Origin: Planctomycetota bacterium
GTDB taxonomy: Bacteria > Planctomycetota > UBA8108 > SXIK01
NCBI GenBank assembly: GCA_965223845.1
Contig: CBDCXR010000004.1
Location: 5,568,001-5,632,000 of the forward strand
Direction of reading: 5' to 3'
DNA: 64,000 nt
Shown here: piece after piece, positions 57,366 to 64,000 of the stretch
How the letters are laid out: every line of letters starts with the position of its first letter
Numbering within the stretch: the first letter of the stretch is position 1
Program-made: the position numbers and the translations under genes
The notes under the pieces: model-generated
The model's input: the letters and a program-made list of their open reading frames with translations, nothing else
Databases searched by the model: none
What the model was told of the DNA's origin: nothing

Positions 57366-59213
57366 ATGTCCCCCCAAGGCGTTCTCCGATCGCTCATCGA
57401 TACGTTCGACCTGAAGTCCACCGGCAAGTGGTTTGTCGTGGCGTCGGCGGTCGGCCTCATCGCCGGACTCGGCGCGTTCGTGTTTCAGTTCCTCTGCCAG
57501 CTCGTCCTCGTCTACGCGCTCCACGACGTCGCCGGTTACGAGGCCGCAGAACCGGTCGGCGAGCATCTCTGGCTGACATCGTCTCCCGGAGAGTTCTCGC
57601 CGTGGCTCCTCATCGCGGTGATGGTCGCGGGCGGACTGGTCTCGGGCTGGCTCGTCTACACCTTCGCACCGGAGGCGGAGGGCCACGGGACCGACGCGGC
57701 GATCGAAGCCTTCCACCAGAAACGCGGAGTCATCGCGGCGCGAATTCCCTTCATCAAGATGATCGCTTCCGCCGCGACGATCGGGACGGGTGGCTCCGCC
57801 GGGCGCGAGGGTCCGATCGCGCAGATCGGCGCGGGGTTCGGATCCTTTCTCGCGACGCGCCTCCGCTGGTCGGCGCGCGACCGCCGGATCCTTCTTGCGG
57901 CAGGGATGGGAGCAGGAGTCGGCGCGGTCTTCCGCGCCCCGCTCGCCGGAGCGCTGTTCGCGGGCGAGATACTTTATCGCGACGCCGATCTCGAGTCGGA
58001 CGCCCTCGTTCCCGCGACGGTGGCGTCGATCATTTCGTACACGGTCTACTCGCTCACGCTGCCGGAGCAAGTCCGGTTTCTTCCGCTCTTCGGTGATCAG
58101 CTCGACTTCAGCCTCTCGTCACCCCTCGAGCTTCTCCCCCTCGCCGCTCTCGCCGTGGCGCTCGTCCTCGTGGGAATCGTCTTCATCAAGACGCTCTACG
58201 GGATTCACGGTGCGTTCAAGCGCCTCCCGGTGCCGCCCGTTCTCCGTCCGGCGATCGGAGCTGCGGCCGCGGGCGGACTCGGCCTCGCGCTCCTTCGGTT
58301 TACCGGCGACGCACAATCGCTCGCCGTCCTCTCGTCCGGCTACGGACTCATCCAGGCTGCGCTCGAGCCCGAGGCGATGGTAGGCGTCGCGCTCCTTCTC
58401 ACCGTCGCGTTCGGAAAGATCATCACCACCGGCCTCACGATCGGCTCGGGAGGTTCGGGAGGGGTGTTCGGGCCGTCCATGGTGATCGGCGCGACGGTCG
58501 GAGCCGCCGCCGGACAAACCTACCACTCACTCTGGCCGGCGCTCGTCCCCGAGCCGAGGGCGTACGTCATCGTGGGCATGGCCGGCTTCTTCGCCGGCTG
58601 CGCCCACGCACCGATCTCGACCCTCGTCATGGTCTCGGAAATCACGGGCAGCTATCAGCTTCTCCTTCCCGTGATGTGGGTATCGGCGATCTGCTTCCTC
58701 TTGTGCCGCCGCTGGACGCTCTACGAGAAGCAAGTTCCCTCGCGCCTCGATTCACCCGCTCACGCCGGTGATTTCCTCGTCGACATCCTCGCGGACTGCA
58801 AGGTGCGGGACGTCGTCCGCGAAGATGGAGCAGTGCCGCAGCAGATTTCCGAATCGACCACGCTCGACGAGATCGTCCATCTCTTGGCCGACACTCGCCA
58901 GGCGTACTTCCCCGTGATCGACGGCGAGAATCGCGTCATCGGAATCTTCTCCGATCGGGACGTGCGGGGATCGATCTACGAAGAGTCGATCTGGCCGGTC
59001 ACGGTGGCGCGCGATGTCATGGTGTCAGAGGTCTTGAGCGTCACCCTGGACGACGACCTGAACACCGCGTTACGCCGCTGCACGCAGAGGAATATCGACG
59101 AACTTCCCGTTCTCGATGCGGACCGGCGTCTCGTCGGGATGCTCCGACGGAAGGATGCTCTAGCGTTCTACAACGACCGCCTCGCCGAGATGAAACGCCG
59201 CGCTTCGGACTGA
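57366..59213 (+). CDS. CLC chloride channel/antiporter with a C-terminal CBS pair
   Basis: GHGTD, GREGP (gating Glu) and GGVFGP motifs; many transmembrane segments; two CBS domains. Confidence 0.92.
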   Translation: MSPQGVLRSLIDTFDLKSTGKWFVVASAVGLIAGLGAFVFQFLCQLVLVYALHDVAGYEAAEPVGEHLWLTSSPGEFSPWLLIAVMVAGGLVSGWLVYTFAPEAEGHGTDAAIEAFHQKRGVIAARIPFIKMIASAATIGTGGSAGREGPIAQIGAGFGSFLATRLRWSARDRRILLAAGMGAGVGAVFRAPLAGALFAGEILYRDADLESDALVPATVASIISYTVYSLTLPEQVRFLPLFGDQLDFSLSSPLELLPLAALAVALVLVGIVFIKTLYGIHGAFKRLPVPPVLRPAIGAAAAGGLGLALLRFTGDAQSLAVLSSGYGLIQAALEPEAMVGVALLLTVAFGKIITTGLTIGSGGSGGVFGPSMVIGATVGAAAGQTYHSLWPALVPEPRAYVIVGMAGFFAGCAHAPISTLVMVSEITGSYQLLLPVMWVSAICFLLCRRWTLYEKQVPSRLDSPAHAGDFLVDILADCKVRDVVREDGAVPQQISESTTLDEIVHLLADTRQAYFPVIDGENRVIGIFSDRDVRGSIYEESIWPVTVARDVMVSEVLSVTLDDDLNTALRRCTQRNIDELPVLDADRRLVGMLRRKDALAFYNDRLAEMKRRASD

Positions 59214-59261
59214 CGCGGCATCCGCGGACGGACGGCGTCTTCGCGCGCGTCGAGAGCGTTC

Positions 59262-62045
59262 CTATTCCGATACACCGACGTCGAGCGGAAGCTTCTCGAT
59301 GAGCGTATCCCGGAGTCTCGCCATCTCGTGGGTGAGCGTTTCGGCACACGCCGCAGCGTCGGTGAGATCACCGCTGGAGCCGATCCTCTCGAGCTGGTAC
59401 GCGATCTCCTGGACGACCGCTCCGCCGAGGTTCCCGGCGGAACCCTTGACGCGGTGGCCGATGTGGTTGATCGCCTCCGCGTCCGCGTTCTCGACCGCCG
59501 AGCAGATGCTCTCGCTCAGACTTTCGCAGTCCTCGACGAAGAGCGCCGCGATCTCGTGGAGAAGCTCTTCGTCGCCGTCCACTCGCTGGAGAGCCAGCCG
59601 CTCGTCGAAGATCTTTGTGTCTTCACTCTTCTCGTCCATTGTCTCTTCCTCCTGATTCCATTCGGTTCCGACGACCGACTTCGTCCAGCGCTCGATCGCC
59701 GCGAAAAGATCGGCCGAGCGGATTGGCTTGGCGACGTAATCGTCCATGCCGGCCGTGATGCACAGCTCTCGATCACCCTTGAGAACACTCGCGGTGAGAG
59801 CGATGATCGGGGTGTGAGTTCCGCTCTCCCGTTCGAACTCGCGGATCGCCCGCGTAGCCTCGAGTCCGCCCATTTCCGGCATCATGAGATCCATGAGCAC
59901 GACGTCGAAGTCGCTCGCTCGCACTGCATCTACTGCTTGGCGACCGTCCTCGACCACGGTCGCGAAATGCCCCTCGCGCTCGATGAACTTAACGATCACA
60001 CGCTGATTGATCGGGTTGTCCTCGGCGATGAGGATGCGGTACTTCGCCCGCGAGCTGCCGTCGCGCCGATCGTAGCGAAGCGAGCGCGGCCGCAAGGACG
60101 AAACCGGTCCCTCTGACGGGTGGAGCGCCTCGCGGCACGCGTCGCGAAGTGATTCCGGCGTCACGGGCTTGGCGACGGTCGCGAGGATTCCCAGCGTCAG
60201 ACGCCGATTCGGATCCTCTTTGCCTCCTCGAGGCACGAGACCGACGACGCGCATGTCGCGTTCGTCCGTGCGATCCCGTAGCTCCGCGACGAAGCTCAGT
60301 CCATCGAACGAGCCACCGTCGAGATCGACAAACGCGATGTCGAAGGGTTCACCCTCGTCTCGCGCGCGTTCGACGAGCTGAATCGCTTCGCTCGAGCACG
60401 TTGCGTACGTCGGCCTGAATCCCCAGCTCGACAGCGCGCGCGAGATCGCTCGGCACACCTTTTCATTGTCGTCGAGGATGAGCGCCCTCCAGTCACTCAG
60501 GGCGCGAGCATTCGACGTGCCGTCTTGAGATTGAGATGTCGCCTTGAAGACGGTCGTGAACTGAAAATCGCTGCCACGGCCGCTCTCGCTCGTCATCCAA
60601 AGACGCCCGCCCATGAATCCGACGAGCTTCTGACTGATGGCGAGTCCGAGACCCGAGCCGCCGTAACGGCGCGTCGTCGAGCCGTCGGCTTGAGAAAACG
60701 ATTCAAAGATCTCGCGCTGCTTGTCGCTCGCGACACCGACGCCCGTGTCCGCGACGCTCCAGTAGAGTCGAACCGAGTCTTCCGTGTGCGACACGAGCTC
60801 GACGCGCACGACCACATCCCCTTCGTCGGTGAACTTGAGCGCGTTCCCGATGAGATTGACGAGGATCTGCCGCGTGCGCAGCGCGTCGCCGACGACTTGC
60901 TCCGGCACTTCGCATCCGACATCGAGAATGAGCTCGAGCCCCTTCGCCTGGGCTGCGAACGCAAATGTGCCGAGCGTCTCCTCGATCGTCGCGCGGACGT
61001 CGAAGGTCTGCTCATCGAGAGCGAACCTCCCCGCTTCGATCTTGGAGAAGTCGAGAATGTCGCTGATCAGCTCGAGCAGTGAGTCCGCTGAACGCTTGAT
61101 GAGAGAGAGGTACTCCCACTGCTCGGCCGTGAGATCAGTATCGAGAGCGAGCTCGGCCATGCCGACGATTCCGTTCATCGGCGTCCGAATCTCGTGGCTC
61201 ATGTTTGCGAGGAACATCGTCTTCGCCCGACTCGCGTCCTCGGCGACATCGCGCGCACCGATGAGCTCCGCGTTGAGGTCGGTCAGCTCCTTCGTCCGCG
61301 CCCTGACCTTCTCCTCGAGGTCCGTGCGGTGCGCCTTCAGCTTGTGGTCGCGCTCTTGAATGCGCGCCATCATCTCGTTGAAGGAGTCGGTGAGTCGGCC
61401 GATCTCATCGTTCCCGATCTTCGTCGCGCGGATCGAGTAGGTTTCGTCGTCCGAGACGCGCTGCGCCACTCTCGATAGCGCGACGATCGGTCGAGACACC
61501 GACCGCCGGGCGACGTTCGAGAGGATCAGCACGGCGATGACCGTAAACGCGAAAACGAGAAGCACGATCCCCGAGTAGAGGATGAGACGCTCGGCGAGTC
61601 GAGCCGTACTCGCCCTCACGAGAACGGTGCCGACCGTGCGGCCGTCCATGACCACGCGACGAAACACGTCCATGTACTCGGTGGAATAGACGGTTTCGGT
61701 GGTCTCCGGTGCCGCCGGAATCGCGGCCACCGAGTCCGTCGTCGAATGCTGCGCGAGGATGGACCCATCGCTTCGGTAGACGGCGGCGAGACGAACCTCG
61801 GAGAGATTCGTCATCGAGAGGAGTGTCTCACGGGCGCTCGCGGCGTCGTCGAAGTCGAGAGCCGACGAGCAATTCGCCGCGACCACCTCGGCGAGAGTCG
61901 CGTACTCGGATTCGAGCGCCGACCGAAACGTGATCGCCTCGTAGAGCGAAAACGCGACCGCCGCGACGGCGAGCGGAACGCTGCCGGCGAGGAGAAGGAG
62001 CGTCGTGATCTTCCGCTCGATCGAGGCGTCGGTCAGGAACTTCAT
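59262..62045 (-). CDS. Hybrid sensor histidine kinase (periplasmic sensor, HAMP, HisKA, HATPase, two REC, Hpt)
   Basis: Two transmembrane segments; [12 protein letters not shown]; GGSGLGL; two receiver domains; Hpt HRVKGSAG. Confidence 0.93.
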   Translation of the reverse strand: MKFLTDASIERKITTLLLLAGSVPLAVAAVAFSLYEAITFRSALESEYATLAEVVAANCSSALDFDDAASARETLLSMTNLSEVRLAAVYRSDGSILAQHSTTDSVAAIPAAPETTETVYSTEYMDVFRRVVMDGRTVGTVLVRASTARLAERLILYSGIVLLVFAFTVIAVLILSNVARRSVSRPIVALSRVAQRVSDDETYSIRATKIGNDEIGRLTDSFNEMMARIQERDHKLKAHRTDLEEKVRARTKELTDLNAELIGARDVAEDASRAKTMFLANMSHEIRTPMNGIVGMAELALDTDLTAEQWEYLSLIKRSADSLLELISDILDFSKIEAGRFALDEQTFDVRATIEETLGTFAFAAQAKGLELILDVGCEVPEQVVGDALRTRQILVNLIGNALKFTDEGDVVVRVELVSHTEDSVRLYWSVADTGVGVASDKQREIFESFSQADGSTTRRYGGSGLGLAISQKLVGFMGGRLWMTSESGRGSDFQFTTVFKATSQSQDGTSNARALSDWRALILDDNEKVCRAISRALSSWGFRPTYATCSSEAIQLVERARDEGEPFDIAFVDLDGGSFDGLSFVAELRDRTDERDMRVVGLVPRGGKEDPNRRLTLGILATVAKPVTPESLRDACREALHPSEGPVSSLRPRSLRYDRRDGSSRAKYRILIAEDNPINQRVIVKFIEREGHFATVVEDGRQAVDAVRASDFDVVLMDLMMPEMGGLEATRAIREFERESGTHTPIIALTASVLKGDRELCITAGMDDYVAKPIRSADLFAAIERWTKSVVGTEWNQEEETMDEKSEDTKIFDERLALQRVDGDEELLHEIAALFVEDCESLSESICSAVENADAEAINHIGHRVKGSAGNLGGAVVQEIAYQLERIGSSGDLTDAAACAETLTHEMARLRDTLIEKLPLDVGVSE

Positions 62046-62765
62046 GACGGAGCGGCGGTGAGCTACTCAGCGTGCGCGGTCGTTGGCGGTGAGGACGAAA
62101 GGAGAGCTCTCCGGCTGACGTTCTCGGAAGACCAGCGGATCCATGGAGCGTCCGCGGCACCGCCCCGGCCGGAGGAATGCCCACAACTGAATCGCCGGTG
62201 CCGTCGTTTCGTCGGCCGGCAGTACGCTCGTCGCATCCCCGGCGACGCAGCTCGTGGACGCGTCGATCGGGCGACGCCACTGCGCGCTCCGGTCCCGACC
62301 GAGGTCGTCTCGGCTTTCGCAACGGATTCAGTTCTTTGGCGAGCCCGATAGTCGATTTCGGTCGTGTTTCGACGCGTTCTGTACGTCAACTCGGGGAAAT
62401 CCCCTTTTCGGACTTCTCGGGCGGAGATCCAGGTATCGGCCCACGGCTTCCTTCCCGCGCCCGACGAAAACTCCATCGTCTCTTCCTCCTCTTCCTGCGT
62501 CCGCGATCTCCGCCCCGTGCCCGGCGTCCTCGTGAATCGGTGGTTTCCCCCATCGCCGGTGCGAGGACGGGGAAGCAGAGGCACGGGAAGATACCGGAAC
62601 CTCTCGTTCAATCCGCGGCGGGCGAGGCGCCGATGGGTAAATGAACAACTGGATCCACCTCCCGCGACGGCGCGTCCGACGACGCGCGAGAGAGAACGTC
62701 GACGCGGAACCCCCTCCCCAGCGATCCTCCGATCCCCCCGCGACTTGAACGCGCCGTCACCTCTC

Positions 62766-64000
62766 ATGCTCGGTCGTCCGACGAATCCCCTAGTTCGCGC
62801 CGCGCGCGTTTGGATCGCGGTCTGCGCCGGCGCGATCATCCCCTACTACTTCATCGACATTCAGGCGCCGGACTCCGCGCTCGTCATGTCCGCGTCGACG
62901 GAAGTCCGGCCGACCGTGGCCGCGATTCAGTTCTTCGGCGCGCTGTTCGCCTGCGCGAGCGCTTTCGTCATTCTCATGACGTACCGCGCCAGTCGAAACG
63001 GAGCGTTCCTGCTGCTCGGTCTCGGATTCTTCATCGCGGCGTCGGAGAATCTCGTGAACGGCTTCGTCGCCGGCATCGGAGATGATTCGCTCTTTTCGCG
63101 CTTCGTTCCCGACCTCGAGGTGCTCGCGCGATTTCTTCTCGCCTGCGTCGCGTTCGTGGGATTTCTCTCGACTCGGCCGCTCGGCGCCGACCGTCGCACA
63201 CCAGGTTGGTTCACGCGCACGGCCGCCGGCCCCGGGCTCGTCCTCGGCGGCTTTCTCCTCTTCGAGCTTGCCGGTGCGTTCAGCTCTCTTCCGCGACCCG
63301 CCGACCTCGCGTTCGCCGCCCTCTTTCTCGCCGCGGTGCCCTCGGCCGTGCGCCAGTACCGGAGGATTCCGGGTCCGTTCTCGTCTTCGCTCGTCCTCTG
63401 CCTCCTCCTCTTCGCGTGCAGCGAGATCTACCTCTGCACCTCGGCTCGATTGTTCGACTCCTCGTTCGTCGCCTCCCACGTCGTTCGACTCGGGTGCTAC
63501 CTCGTACCGCTCTTCGGCGCGGCATGGGGACTCGTGGATCAGCACGGCGAGCTCGAGCGCCACCGCCGCAAGCTCGAGCAACAGACGGCGCTTCTCTGGC
63601 AGCAATCCGAAGGACTGAGCAACGCGAACAAGAAGCTGCGCCAGCAGGCAGCCGAGCTCGAAACCGCCAACAATCTGAAGAGCCGGTCCCTCGCGAACAT
63701 GAGTCACGAGCTGCGCACGCCCCTGAATGCGATCCTCGGATTCTCCGACTCCCTCATCGCTTGTCGCGACACGGACCCACTCACTCCGTGGCAACAGGAT
63801 CGCGTCGGGAAGATCGGGGCGAGCGGGGAGCACCTCCTCAATCTGATCGACGACATTCTCGATCTCGCCAAGATCGAAGCGGGACGCGCGAGCGTGCACC
63901 CGAGCACGTTTCAGCCCGACGTTCTCGTCGAGGAAGTTGCATCGTCGCTCGCACCGCTCTTCGAGAAGAAACCCGAGGTCGAGCTTCGAATCGAATTCGA
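62766..64000 (+). CDS. Multi-pass membrane sensor histidine kinase, 3'-truncated (not in the ORF track)
   Basis: The ATG at 62766 opens a hydrophobic frame that is in frame with LANMSHELRTPLNAILG (~63690) and DILDLAKIEAG. The ends were read by hand and the frame runs off the window. Confidence 0.85.
   Translation, partial: MLGRPTNPLVRAARVWIAVCAGAIIPYYFIDIQAPDSALVMSASTEVRPTVAAIQFFGALFACASAFVILMTYRASRNGAFLLLGLGFFIAASENLVNGFVAGIGDDSLFSRFVPDLEVLARFLLACVAFVGFLSTRPLGADRRTPGWFTRTAAGPGLVLGGFLLFELAGAFSSLPRPADLAFAALFLAAVPSAVRQYRRIPGPFSSSLVLCLLLFACSEIYLCTSARLFDSSFVASHVVRLGCYLVPLFGAAWGLVDQHGELERHRRKLEQQTALLWQQSEGLSNANKKLRQQAAELETANNLKSRSLANMSHELRTPLNAILGFSDSLIACRDTDPLTPWQQDRVGKIGASGEHLLNLIDDILDLAKIEAGRASVHPSTFQPDVLVEEVASSLAPLFEKKPEVELRIEF

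Noticed and set aside
62063-62839. Minus-strand ORF upstream of the hybrid kinase (internal ATG with a purine-rich RBS-like tract near 62477)
   Set aside because: Arg/Ser-rich composition and no recognisable domain; not supportable as a gene from sequence alone.
1-64000. Prophage, IS element, integron or rRNA operon
   Set aside because: No integrase, transposase, phage structural or rRNA-like sequence recognised.

Overview
High-GC bacterial chromosomal window. The gene content (ASPIC/UnbV protein, several secreted proteins with an RGD-x-N-x-DG dockerin-like domain, lamin-tail/CotH giant protein, pseudopilins, sulfatase) suggests a Planctomycetota-like organism; this is inference. About 40 credible CDSs were found and no rRNA, tRNA, CRISPR or transposase was recognised. 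The left half (1-30.5 kb) is accessory and surface-related: dockerin-bearing secreted proteins, TPR proteins, an ABC-F ATPase, three tandem near-identical SdrD-B-like secreted proteins with a 14-copy ~17-bp array in one leader, a minor-pilin cluster, uxaC, an aquaglyceroporin and tdh. The right half holds housekeeping genes (murA, prmC-prfA, rpmE, tig-clpP-clpX), a dihydroorotase-like enzyme, a GT2, a CLC channel and three histidine kinases. The most notable locus is a compact minus-strand cluster at 30.7-37.4 kb: Rrf2 regulator, Rieske protein, b6-like cytochrome b, octaheme HAO-family protein, NapA and a tetraheme duplicated NapB. It has no napC, napGH, napD, nrfA or cytochrome c1 in the cluster, and is a candidate Rieske/cytochrome b-driven nitrate-to-ammonium module. 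Also notable are a candidate ~280-nt structured ncRNA upstream of tig and a histidine kinase with a non-canonical H-box. Several start codons were reassigned by eye; all family assignments come from motif recognition, not database searches.
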